Shown one piece after another: positions 23,701 through 36,273 of a stretch of DNA of 64,000 nt (the first letter of the stretch is position 1; each line of letters begins with the position of its first letter). The position numbers and the translations under genes are program-made. The DNA is from Raillietiella orientalis (Eukaryota): contig JAYWIR010000033.1 of the NCBI GenBank assembly GCA_036172245.1, positions 1,922,001 through 1,986,000 on the forward strand, given 5' to 3'. The notes under the pieces are model-generated. The model saw only the letters and a program-made list of their open reading frames with translations. It was not told the origin of the DNA and searched no databases.

Positions 23701-24408
23701 CAGTCTTCGTTCCGATGGGGAACGAAGGTCTTCCCGAGTTCGTGCACTTCCACTTCGCCGGTCCTCCGCCCCCACACCGTCCGTCCTGTGTTCCCGCGGA
23801 CCGTCCGACCACGTTGATCTGCGAACACCGCCCCATCCATTGCGGCCGCTCATCATCGCCGTCCGCGATGGGGAGGCAGCGACGACGCCCATCCCCCCCC
23901 CCCCCATGGGGAGTCGTTTCATGCTCAACCATTCTTCCTGCTCGTTACGCCTTTGGCTACTGCGAGCCGGCCGCCCGTTCCGGCGGTGAGTGCAGCGTGG
24001 GCGAACGCGCCTCCTGTCGATGGAAGCCCTCGGCTTCCTCCCGGTACACCGCCGCACTGAGTCATGTCCTCTAATCCGCAAGAAGTCCCGAACACCCGAG
24101 GGGACGAGCGGCTTCCCGCCGATGGATTCCTCTTGCCGGATGCTCAAGCATTCTTCCTGCCAGTGATGCCCTCAGCATCACTCAGTTGCCACGATCGGGT
24201 TGCACCTGAGTCTTCAGGTGCCTGGATGAGGACAGCGGTGTGCCACTAACGGTTTCCGTGTGGTGCGTTTGCGGTTCAGCTGTCCACACCACGAATGCGC
24301 AGTCCCTTCAACTCGTTCGGTGTCCCCATGTTCCATTAACCTCGCGAAGGAGCCTGCATTGATTCGCAAAATGATCTTCCTCGTACCAAATGTTTGTGCG
24401 TTTTCCGT

Positions 24409-24540
24409 GTTTCCCTATGCAGTCGTGAATTTCGTTTGGAGCTCTTTTCCGAAGTCATTATTAATTGTATTGCCGTGTGGTTTATTCCGTATGATTTCTG
24501 AAAAGCGCTCCAGGCGAAATTCACTACTGCGTAGGGAAAC
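24409..24540. repeat. Long inverted repeat (50-bp arms, 32-nt loop); hairpin or MITE
   Basis: 24409-24458 versus reverse complement of 24491-24540: 43 of 50 positions match by hand count, no indels. Confidence 0.9.
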
Positions 24541-26849
24541 TTGGGGGACTCGCGACATTTTGCCACATTTCGGAGGAAGATTCTGGTCCGCTGTTCTCCT
24601 TGGGAACCTCCTACCAAGTGCCCTGAGGCGATTCCTCTGCTTGTGGCTCGGTGTCTGCTGGCCTTCATCCGAGGGCACCAGAGAGTTGCAACAGCCGTTT
24701 AAGCAAAGTTGATGTGAAACTTAATTCAGAAAGAGCGATTTCCCTGGGAATTTGCTGCTTGGGTGTGATTCAAATGAGCAAACACTCAATAGGAGGTGCA
24801 ACCAAGAAGTATTGAAATCGGCATTCGATGCTCATCACAGACTTCGCTTCATCCAAAAGTTTGATGCTGGCAGAGGCATTTGCTGATTACGCACATTTAG
24901 GATTTTAAAACCAGCTCGTTCCTCATTTATAAAAGTCTATGGACCGAAACAAATGCCGTGTAGCAGCCCTATTGCAACTCATGCATTTAATGATCAAAAG
25001 TTTCACCTGTCGGACATGTGTTAGCCTGAAGGAACTGTAGAATGAAACTCGGGAAGGGTCCGCAGTGCTTATAGCGGGTTATTATTCTTTTTTTCTTTCA
25101 AGAAATTATACTGACGTTCGTGCCGTTGTCATCCGTGGTGCAATTTTTCCACGTACCTTACCGTGGCTGATTTAGGCGCATCTGCCAGGCGAGACTGAAC
25201 TCTAAATTCAAAAAGAAATTCCTTAGAGCTGAACCATTCTGGAAAAAATCCACAGAAGCATCCGATTGCTTGCTCTGTGAGAGATTGGTTAATGCATCTT
25301 AGTATATATAGTTAGGGGATAATTGACAAGGGGTGGGTGGGGTTGTCAGCAGGAAGAGTATCGTTTAGGATGTTATGGAAAGTAAATATTTCATGGCGTA
25401 TTTCGTCACTTGTTATTTGAGATGGATGATTTTTTTACAGAGGATTTTGTGTTGATTAAAACTTTTTAATTACTCTTTATTAAGAAAATGAATTACTCCT
25501 AAATAATCAAATCAACGATACACAAACACCAAAAAGGTAAGTTCCTCGCGGATAATCATTTACTAAGCAAACTCCCCTAATAATTCTCATTACCACCAAT
25601 TCATATAAGTCTTCCTCCCTACTTTTTACTATCCACTATTTATATTAAGAGTACCCAATCCTGTTTTATTAATAATAGCTTATTGGACTCGCTCATTTCT
25701 ACCAAAAAAAAAAATTACCCAAGCTACCCAGCATCATCATCTGCAGCCTTCACAATCCTCTTAAAATATGCCTCGTATTCATGAAAGATCTCCACAAACC
25801 TAATCAAAATATGTTTCCATTGAAAAGGCTCAATTAGAAAGGGACGTGTTTGCCCCTCGTAGAAGACCGTATTCTCTTCCGTGGTCACTTCCAAACTGAT
25901 GCTTCTATGGGATGACTCCTTCCATCCAGTCAAGGGGTTCGCGGTCTCTATGCCTGTGTACCCCATTCCATTCTGTGCATTGGTGTGAGGATTGAATTAG
26001 CCCCTTCTTGTCCTTCACACATTCATAATAACATAATGCACTACATTCTGAAACATGCAGAATTCAAGCAGACCGAATCACCAAAGAGTGACATTCTCCA
26101 CTCTGACCTCTGCCTACGGTTCCTCCGATGCATTTCTTGGGAATTTTTCTTGGGAACAATTTCTTCTGTGCAGTCAAACCAGAGGAAGTGAGCTGATTCC
26201 TTCTCAGGAATGGTCATCTCCGACCAACTGGGAAGAGGAGTGGTCAGCAGCACCATTCTACTGAATTTTGTAACGTGTCATATGTTTCTGGCGGATTACG
26301 TAAATGGGAAATTGACCCCAAATCATAGCCCCTGCACCCTTCAATTATTTACCCTCCATTTTACAGATTTAGCAACGCCGTCTCGATGGCGTGAATTCAC
26401 GCTCTGCAATTACTTTGGAGCATACAATCGCCGGTGAAATATTTTATTCACGGCTGGTTTTCATATCATGATGTGCGTCCTCATCCTTATTCCCTAAGAG
26501 GGACTCCGACTTCTGCATAGAATAAGGTGTGCATCAAACACCCCATGAATACTCATCAATGGAGAGAGACTCATCAACGCTGACCTACAAGAGAAGAATG
26601 GGAACCCGCATATTGAAGTCAAAAAGAGTTTTTTCCCGCTTTGGTAAGTCAAAGGAAAAGAGGTTTTGGATTGCGCGGTCCTTTGGAGGAAATTTCCGGT
26701 TATTCGGTAGCGGGCTCCCAGGAAAACCAGGAAACGGTGCAAACTCTGAAAAGAAGCTGCAGTGCCTGGTTGGTGATGAAGGTCTTCCGAAAGTGAAAGA
26801 ATGGAATTACGTCTTGTGGGAGGAATCGATTCGACAGCCCTTTGGGCAT

Positions 26850-27440
26850 TCCAGCATGCGGAGGTACACGTGGATCGCTTCTGGCCAGAGATCGGGCAAA
26901 GTGTTCCTCCCCCTTAGGAGCAGCGACTCGTGAGCAGCTGAACGGATGAGAGCTGAATTTTGCGCGTCGCACCTACGGGAGAGCCGATCGATATTCCACG
27001 CATGTGTACACGAACCGTACAATGGATCGCAAGGAGTGGCTCATCCTTGGTGACGGCGCCCCCGCATCACATCCATGCTAATGGCTGCGGATGTGTGCTT
27101 TAAGGAACGACGAAGACTGGCGGTCGAAGTCTCCGTCCGAAGGGACTTCTCCGCCACGAGGGTCTCCCCCTCGGAAACACGGAGATCCCCGCGGCGTTAT
27201 GGACACATCAGTGCCTCCTCTGGAGCAGCGGCCGTCGTCGGCGCTGTTGCAGCTGCATTCGGATCTTCTTGCGCCGGCAGCACTGCCACCCGGAGCGTTT
27301 ATTGTCCATGAGAAAAGATGCATCTTCCGGGACCCCGATCCCGGGAGACGTTTCGAGGTCTACCAGGGGGAGCGGCCCACCGAGCCCCAGGTCGCCTACC
27401 ACAGGACGGGGAAGGTCGTGCGGAAGGGACAGTAAGCCGG
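26850..27440 (+). mobile_element. Possible decayed Tx1-like ORF1 remnant
   Basis: RRYGHIS ... LQLHSDL..ALPPGAFIVHEKRCIFRDPDPGRR resembles the YGxV ... LxL ... P..F.V.G.R...YP segment before the zinc knuckle. The cysteines are lost. Confidence 0.35.
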
Positions 27441-27599
27441 GAAATAAGGCTCGAGGAGAAGCGACCACAGCCGCACCATCTTCCGGGTCAAAAATCCCGG
27501 GGGTGGACCGAAATCCCGAAGGATCATGAAAAATAAACACGTGTGCTCATTCTACATGGATTCACATTCAGATTTATTTCAATCTTCATAGTTATCCCT

Positions 27600-27827
27600 A
27601 TTTGTTTGCATGCATTTTATTCATAGTAATATTATTAGAACAGATATATCTATTAAGAATTAGTGGCATACATTTTATTCATAAAACCAATAAGTCGTTG
27701 ATTTTATTATTGATATATATATTAAAGATTATGAAAAATACACATTCACATATGTTCATATATGAATATATATATATATATATATGTGCGCATATATGTA
27801 TATACGAATATATATTTATGCATACAT

Positions 27828-27861
<34 letters not shown>

Positions 27862-28636
27862 GTTCATTAGAGGAATATATAAATATCGAATTTTTGAAAA
27901 TACAAAATGATTATAATGAAAAGAAGTGAGAAAAATGAAAATGGAAACAAACAAAAAAGAAAATTTCATATTCATGCGTTCTTTAATTTTACATTTTTTA
28001 TATACATAAATATATCTATATGAATATTAATCTATATTTATATGCATTTGTACACATATATTTCTTTGCACATATACATGCATATATATATATATATGAA
28101 CATTTTTCGTTTCTATATATATATACATATATATATATATATAGAAATATATATATAAACGTATTTTCGCATATGTGTGTATTTACATTTCTATATGTAT
28201 ATTCTGTATACATATTTATACACTTACTGGTACATATTGGTATTTACATATATGTTTAATGTTACATACTTGTCTTTATACAAGTATATTTTTATTATCT
28301 ATAAATATCGATGTGTAAATACCAAGCACATATATTTAGTTTTTACAATCGTTAACGTACATCTCAACAGTACAGTCAGCAACCTATTAATTATATTATT
28401 AAATGTGCCAGTAAATATTAATAAATATATCTGTTTCAATAATACTATCGTTTATAATATGCATGTTAATAAATATGAATAACTATTATATTGAAACGGG
28501 TTTGTACATTAATGTATGTAGCATAAGCGTTCCTTTCTTATGACCTTTCGGGATTTTGATCGAACATGGCTGCCATCGCATCCGCCCTCACTTGTTGCTT
28601 CAGGTACAAAATATATACATACAATAATATATATAC
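27600..28636. repeat. AT-rich low-complexity block of degenerate (TA)n/(CA)n/(TACA)n microsatellites
   Basis: Directly visible, e.g. TA and CA runs at 27765-27860 and 28080-28160. Confidence 0.92.
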
Positions 28637-28706
28637 ACCCCCTTTCGCCGCACTTCCTCGTCGGTGAGGGGGCGAGGCGCATGGCCTTCGGCCTGTGCTG
28701 ACGCGA
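28637..28706 (+). ncRNA. Candidate degenerate HDV-like self-cleaving ribozyme
   Basis: Manual fit: P1 ACCCCCT/AGGGGGC, P2 TCGC(C)G/CGCGA, P3 CACT/GGTG, L3 TCCTCGTC, P4 CGCA(T)GGCC/GGCCTGTG, J4/2 C-T-G-A (C28698). Several deviations from consensus, and it overlaps a LINE-like LPRR*GG coding motif. Confidence 0.3.
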
Positions 28707-29600
28707 CCCCTGCGTGCGCCGGGGAGCCACGATTCTGCTGCAGCATCAGGCGGTCGGGGAATCCGAGGAAAGAGCGTCACGCGTTGATTTTCACCCGGGT
28801 TTCGCCGGGGTGTTCATTAAAAAAATAAACTTTTACAAAGACGTGCTGTGGCTGGACCAGTGCTCCAGCCGCGCACGAAGAAACACAGAGCCTGCCGGGT
28901 CACCGGTTCGCGTCACGAGTTGAGGAAGCGCCGCAGAAGCTCCTTTGGGATATCTTCGGGGCGGAGCACGGAGTTCCCCAATGCCCTGAAGGACTCTCCG
29001 CAAGCACGGAAACGCACGCGGGCGACCTCTCCACTTCCCTCGCACCCTTTGCAGTTCGGGAAGGCGCTCGTCCGGCGGTTCCGGCGCTGGCTGAACTGGA
29101 CATCCCGGCAGCCCACGAGCAGCAGCAATGACGCGCGCTGACACCTGAGGGTACTGGTCGGCAGCTGGGAGGGGCCCTGAGCTGGGCCAGGTGCGGTGAA
29201 GAGCAATCCGCCGCCTCGCTCCTGCTGACGGATTGCCTTGTCCTCCGCGGTGTATGGGAAGCTGGTTTTGCCGTGACCCTCGGGGTCTGGATGGATGACT
29301 CCAGGAGCGTCTTGGATCTCCTGCTTCTGCGCGGTGCAATGAGGTCTGCCGCTGTGAGCACCCCACTGTCCCCGTGAAGTGACCGCGGCTCAAAGACCTT
29401 ACAGCAGCAGGAACACCACCCAACTGCGACCTCCTTATCAAGGAAGACGACGAGGTGGCCTCGCCTGGGAAGACATAAAGAGCAGCTGGTGTGCAAACTT
29501 CAGAAACTTCAGAGGTTTCGAAGAAGACAGCTATGCTACCGTCCCGAAGACACCACAGAATCCACACCACCTTTCCATCTGTATATCCCCTGTTTTTCTT
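28645..29600 (+). mobile_element. Decayed Tx1/L1-like LINE ORF2 C-terminal remnant
   Basis: In the expected order across frames: ALPRR*GG, FYKDVLW, RCGEEQSAASLLLTDCLVLRGVW (zf-RVT-like), ARCNEVCR, LLIKED. Confidence 0.55.
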
Positions 29601-30149
29601 TCCCAAAGCGGACCCCGGCGGCGAGCAGGCTGCTTGTACAGAAGTTGTCCTCCCGTGCTGCAGACATGGTAGGAGGACCTGGGGTCCCACCAATCTTGTA
29701 TGTGCATGGATTACAATGAGCGCCCTGGTGAAACCGCATTCAAAAATTAGTACGGATGTCATGGGTGAATCATTTATTATGCTGCGAATAAACTTGAACA
29801 GTCAGTAATCGATCATGGAGTCAGTAAAGGTGGAAGCCATTGAAAGCTCCCGGCTGCGAAGTTCTTTGTAGTTGCAGATGAGTTGAAATCGTACGCTCAA
29901 AAACACACCCAGAGTCACCCTAGACACAGAAAGTCATTCGCGAAGTCATCCATCCATCCCGCTGATTTGCAGCAGAGTGAGCGCCCCGTGGCTTTGATTA
30001 TGATGGAGACACTGCACACAAGAGTTTCATTTCTTCTGATGAAGAGAGGGAGTTTGTTTTCTTGTTTTATTGAGGGACTCTTATCTTTTACGACTGCATG
30101 TTTGAGATTCTGGGCTCCCTCTTCATGCAGAGCACCGTTCGAAGTTTTC

Positions 30150-31600
30150 CGGAGGGAAATTGCATCTCTCAATGGAAGGAAAAAGATTTTGCCGTCCTTA
30201 TTCTTCTTCTGAGTGTTCCATTGGACTCATTCATCGCTTTATCGTCGCAACTGTCTACGCTTCTTGCAATTAGAGTGATTGCCATTCATCGTTCCAGAGC
30301 ACTCTTCGGAGTGAACCAGCACGAGACGCCATTCGATAGCAATGCTTTTTTGCGGCAGCAATTATGATCATCGGAGCTGTCATTCATCTTGCTCTGGAGC
30401 CGCCATCGAATTCGCTGCAGTTTATGTCAGCTGCATGTTTTATGTAGCACTTCAAAATAGATGCCGCTTTGAGAGGTCGATAGCGATGGACCACATAGTA
30501 AGAAACACACCTGATCAGATTGCGTGCCGAGATCCGATTCGGCCATCGGTCGTTTCTCCATCCATCTCAAATTTCTGGTCAGTTCTCATTCTCCATTTTT
30601 TTCCAACTGCGGAAGAAGAATGCCACGACCGTCAGATCAACTTTAGTCATCGATATCTGGTCGAAGGTGGCAACGCTGCTGGCAAGTCTCTTCGGCATCG
30701 TGGTAAATGCAGCAAAGGTGAAAAAGCATGAGAAGGAAGATTATCTCAGGCGTGAGAGCACTGCAAAAGGAGCACTCATGGCAGTGCCTGGTCCAAAACA
30801 TGGGATACCCATGCAGGGGCTGGGCATGCACCACGTCTCAAGCTCATTCCTCACCAATGATGACCTCCTGAGATTCCAGGACTACATCCTGGAATCCATG
30901 CTTGATCCATGCAGCCGGACTAAACGTCCTACCAGTCAGGAATGGACCAAGAATGAAACCGGAAGAACGCACGTGCTGGCGCTGCTGTACAGAGGATGAA
31001 ACGCTGTCTCACGTGTTAAACAGATGCAAGAGACACCTTCCTCTGTCCATGGCACGCCACGACGCGATTTAAGAGACGATCAGAAAGGCCGCAGTGGCTG
31101 AAGCGAAATGGACCCTTCTGTCCAGCGACCAGAGAGTTCCAAGGACAAATTCCCTCCTACGATCAAATCTAGTAATGGAAAAAGGAAACCGGGTATTCGT
31201 GCTGGACGTCCTCTGCCCATACGAAAATGGAAGAGAGGCATTCAGCAAGAAGCCAGGAGAAGCAAAGGAGGAAAATACAAGGATTTAGCCCTACAGATGG
31301 GAAGAGGTGGAAGGAAATGTATGGTACATGCATCCATCGTTGGTTTTCTGGGAGCCTGGGATACAGGAAATGAGGAAGTACTGCAAGATCTAGGAACCCC
31401 AAAGAAGAAATTGGTGGAAAGGAGGCACCAGATGGTGGCTTCGTGTATCCGGCGGTACTCAAGTGATATCCATGCGGCCCACGTCTCACGAAGTGCCTAC
31501 TACCAGCCGAAGTACCCCAGCAATCTGCTCTTACCACACAGATGCCAGGAAGCGGAGGAAGCAAGCAACATGAGGAGAGGCGACGAGTGGCCCAGGTGAA
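30150..31600 (+). mobile_element. Decayed NeSL/Utopia-like RLE retrotransposon, C-terminal half
   Basis: SSFLTNDDLLRFQDY, CWRCCTEDETLSHVLNRC, ARHDAI, VLDVLCPYEN, KYKDL, IVGFLGAWD, YSSDIHAAH; several stops and frameshifts. Confidence 0.87.
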
Positions 31601-32544
31601 CAGTGGAGGAACTGCGAAAGAATGTCTGTCCAGAGACCCTGTAACCAGCTGTGTAACTGCAAATAGAAGCAATACATTTCGTCAACTTGCATTGCGGCTT
31701 TAAAGGTGCCCGTGTGACTTTTTCAAAAGTACAGAGGCAAACCCTCCAAAGTGTGCCGCCAGTAGAGAAAGGTTCCTTCCATGGTTAGGTCTCGCTTGAT
31801 CCAAAGAAATTCATCTGAGAGAAATGCTGGACACAACGACGAAAGGATTAGGCACTCATATGCTTCGTAAATAACACAGAAAAGAGGATAATAAAAGCGA
31901 ATCCGTATCGATCAGAGTTCTGTGGGCACAACATCCAAACGAAAGCATCCTGTTCAGAATGATGAAGCCACGCTCTCAAAAGATGTTTTCATCAAATTGA
32001 TTAAAAAACTCCTTGATGACCACTTGGATTCGAACGAATCCCTGCAAGCGTCCTCACACGGAATACGGTTTCCAAGCATCGGGAGATAAAATCCACCCGC
32101 TTTTCCGGCCATCTTTTTCCAGTGACGACGTTCTTGCTGATTTCGGCAGCCGGCAGAGATGGCGGAGGACGACGGCTCCAGGAAGGCAGCCATTCGGCCG
32201 TTTAAGAGCCGACATTTGCGTTAGGACGGGAAGCTGGGAATGCATATTGGCATGTCCCCCTTTTTTTTTTCTTCTGGCAGACAGATCACTTCGTTTCCGC
32301 TGTGAAGATGGCGACGCCCACCTCACTGGGCGGACTCTCCGGAGAGATTTCCTTCTTCCTAGGATGCTTCCTTTACTTGGCTGATCCCAAGGGAGAGCTG
32401 GATTGCGCGGAGGTCCTGGTCTCGCGGAGCAAGTCGCCGTCGCCGGTCATCCAAGCAGACGGCGTGCAAGCTGACGTCGCGGGGACGCAGGAGTTCCTAT
32501 TCGACCCGTCCTGCCCTCGTGGGGTTTGCGAACTCTGGAGGACA

Positions 32545-33700
32545 GGATGAAAATCCAGTAGTCTCCCGCGTCCCCCGACGGGAGAAAGGACTGTAGAAGC
32601 GAGCCCTTCTTCCATATTGAAGCGGGAGGGCAGTACCAGCCGGACCTGACATGAGGCAAGGGCACCCACAACCAGCAAGCTGTGGGCGACCTGAGCGCCC
32701 AGGCGATCGGGATCGCCTGGGCGTGGGGATGGAGACCTTCCGGCAGACCCCCCGAGAAACCAGACAGGCGGACACTGTGAAGTTCCTTGTTTACAGAGAC
32801 GGGAGCGAGGATACCACAGACGGACACCAGCTTACTATGCACCAGGACGCTCCTAGAGATGACCGCACATCAACTGGACGGGCAGGTGCCCCAGCGCCGG
32901 AGGGGTATTCGACCTTTCCTATGTGGAAGGCACGCCACCTCCCGGACCTTTCTACACGTCCAGGAGACCTTTTGCCGTGGACAGGCGAGCCTTGATCATC
33001 GGCTGTTGCCGGAGCGATCCTCTACCGCTTCCGGAAGCTCTTAGCGGTCCAGAAGCTGCCCATGCCAGTGTTCCTCTCCCAGCGATCATTTGCAAGTCAC
33101 TCGAACTTCACCGAGAGTGAGTTTTCTTGAGCCAATGCAGAATGAGACTGCTACTCCACGTCACACATCTCGTGTTTCCTACACGCACTGTAATGGAAGA
33201 CGATCGTCTCATTGGAGTGTGCGAGAAATGAAGACCGTGCCATGACCGGGTCACTGAGTCCCACGAAAAGTGAAACGAGGAAAGGAAACCAACAGCCGGA
33301 CCACGGCTCTTCAGCGACCAGGTCATGGAACTGCTGGAGAGATCGGAACCACCAACTGCTTGGATGAGTTCCTGCTAGGAACAGGGAAGGCGTGGAATCG
33401 AGTCAACGCGAGACAGGCCCCATGAATGAGAGGACGTGGATGTTCCAGCTAGGGGATGCCCTACAGGCAAAGAAAAGTTTCCTCTCTATCTCACGAGGTG
33501 AGAAACGAACCTCTGCACGGAGTTCATCGATCCTGGAACCACCATCCATGAGAGCATTCAGAATGACTCCAGGGCGCTTCTCAAGTGCCGGGGACGTTCA
33601 TCCTTCGCACTCTAGCGCGAAGGAGAAAGGCTGGAGGAAGCTCTTTGGCAGCACCTACGCTCTGAGACGCGGAGGAACTGAAACATGAAATTGGAGACTT
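32545..33700 (+). mobile_element. Decayed APE endonuclease and linker of a Tx1/L1-like ORF2
   Basis: QPDLT*GKGTH (QETH-like), AIGIAW (GVAI-like), LDHRLL (RID-like) and PSDHLQV (SDH) in order. Confidence 0.5.
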
Positions 33701-35689
33701 TCGAAGTTTCTTCGCACCCGGAAGGTTTGGTTACGGCCCAGTGCTTCCCCCTCTCATCTGCCTTGAAACGTCAGCAATCAGTCATCTCCGCAGGATACTG
33801 ATCAACCCTCTTCTCCGCCTCCATGCGATTCTCAATCGACGAGGAAACAGGACAGGACGATAAATCTTTCTTAGTGCTTTTCTCTGATAAATGCCCACTG
33901 AAATTCAAGACCCTGCCCGAGGTTTGTTTGTTTGTTTGTCCCCCCCCCTTCTGCAGGAGATGAGTGTCCTGAGAGTGGGCCCAGGGTTAGAGAGATCACC
34001 GATCTAAGGAGCATCCTAGTGGGAAGCGGGAAGAGAAGTCTCACAGCCGCCGAGAAACTTGTTACAATCGTGGCTTCCTTGAAGATGAGATGCGGAGAAC
34101 GTAAGGCCCGCATCCTCAAATGTGTTGGTATTGAGAGGTGTCTTTAGGCATAGTTGTTCCGTAGAAGCTTTCGAGGAGTGGTTGGGCATTCGAAGGTATT
34201 CAGTGTGGATTCAGCACTGAAAAGTCATAGAAATAGCAATGGTGATTGTGTTCAGGTTGGGATATGACCATTTTGTACGAATAGGGGCCACATTTCGAGG
34301 AGTTGAGGATAGGAGGTGTCCACGTCCGCTGGACAGGCAACTTCTATCAAAGGGAGATGGCTTTCATGAAGCTCCTGAGGAACAGCTCGACACTGTGAGC
34401 AGCGTAAAGAAGTGTGCAGAGTCTTCGACGAAATGACTGGAAAGGATGAAATCTCTCCGAACTTCTGGAGTGTGGCACACAGATCGAAGTCTCTGGCTGC
34501 TTCCATGGCAGAGTCCTCGGAAAAAGAAAAAAACGCCTTTGATGAAGATGAAGATTCAGGGACTAAGGTCACACGTTTATCAAAGGGATGAGGCAGGATC
34601 TCGTATTCTCTATTGACAATCTGCTCAGATATCCGGAAGAAAAAGAGAAGATTAGGTTTCACAGCTTGAAAATCTGGAGAGCAAGGATTTCGCGAAAATG
34701 CCAAAACGAAACAATATTTTGAGGATCCTGGCTTTGTTTTTTAAAAAAGAGAAAAGCCATAAGACTGGAATTAAAAGAGCAGGAAGAAGAAGAAAAGATT
34801 GCAAAACAGTCTTTCGAATGAATGGAATAAATTTTTTTTCCTGGTGGTGGTGGTAGACCAAAAGAATAACCAAAGATGAAAAAGCTGTCTCCTCATGATG
34901 AACAATTGCTGTGACATATAGATGAGCGGACAAAAAAGAAATCTAAACATGAACAAGAAATAGAAAAGACTATTTTGTGTATTTATTAAAGTAGATAGGT
35001 GATGGATATACTGAATAAGAAAACCCTAGAAGGAAAAAGGAGCTACTTGAAATGGCTTTACCAATTTTGGAGGACCATTGTGGGCTTATCAAAGTTGTTA
35101 GTACACAAAGGTCAACAAGAGTCAGCAAGAGTATCTCAAACAGCATTCCTAAAGAAGAAAGCACTAAGATGAAAAGGACCCAGAAAGAAGATGAGCTATC
35201 TTTTATTCAAAGACGATTGCATCATTAAAGAAAATGATTCCCATGAAAGCAGGCATGAGTTCCTTCTTCTTAAGAGTACCAATTGGGAGATTTTTCAAGA
35301 TGTGAAAGGAAGCAACAGGAAACAAAGTGAACTATCTTTCGCTTTTCTGCAAAAAATGAAGAGGAACACAGTTCCCTACTTGGCCAGTCCCCAGGAGTTG
35401 AAAGCGTTACTTAGGTCTCATGAAATTCTCTGACAGGGATAAGGTAGCAGTTGGAGCCCACAGGAAGTAAGCATCATTCTGAGTCCATTCTCCGGTTACA
35501 TCTCTGTGGGAGAAGATGATTCGTTCCAATTAACCGCAATTCTGAACTTGAAGTAGGTGGCGGGCAACCTGCCACAAAAGCGGTAGTCCACCTCTAACAC
35601 CCAGTCCATCCAGTCTCGCAGGGTAGACCCATTTCATCATCGAAAGAAGGCTGATAATAATAAACAAACTGTCGGTTCAGAAGATGGTA

Positions 35690-36273
35690 TTCTTTCATAG
35701 AGAGAAAGATTCTGAATTCCAAACCGTCATGGCAAACAGAATTTTCGGTACGGTACATGTTCTTTATTGTTTCAATTATACTACGTAGTTCATAATTTTT
35801 GAAACGGTGCCGGCGTTCACTGAAAGCAGTGATACCAAACCCAAAACGGAGACATGCACGCAAACCTACATATACATACACGTGGGGCAAAAGGTTCAGA
35901 AAGAAATACGCATACGTACAGACGTCTTTGTCGACTGAATTCGTGTGTGCGACGCCCACTCACGTGATTTCAATATACAAAGTTATGAGCACTGCAAAGC
36001 GCCGTGATGACGGGCAGCTTTCGGAGGACGCCGTCATTTACGGGCTGACAGCAAGCAATCATTCTGTCTGCCGGTGCTTCGGCTCGGAAGGATTCGCACG
36101 TGGCACACGCGGAAAAGACTCCATCCTTAAGATGCTCTGTGATTCCTTGGATTGGTTGCACTCGTAGATCGAGCATGGCAACTCCTACAAGAGCACACCG
36201 GAAACGTTTCCTGCGACCTTGGAGAATGCTCGCGAAGCTCTGAAAAGTAATTGGTGATGGCGTGAAAGCGCTC
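35690..36273. repeat. 584-bp direct repeat, copy 1 (decayed RT-like sequence on the - strand)
   Basis: Matches 59779-60362 (offset 24089). I see only two mismatches, near the left edge, and the 122-aa ORFs at 35799 and 59888 translate identically. The minus strand has RT-like FRAEAPADRMI, NSVDKDV and ELRSIIETIKNMY. Confidence 0.97.

Noticed and set aside
27602..28482. Tyr/Ile/His-rich ORFs
   Set aside because: Translation artefacts of TA/CA microsatellite DNA.
34200..35450. Purine-rich stretch possibly from an RTE-like APE-RT linker
   Set aside because: Only WQSP and composition support it; insufficient to call.
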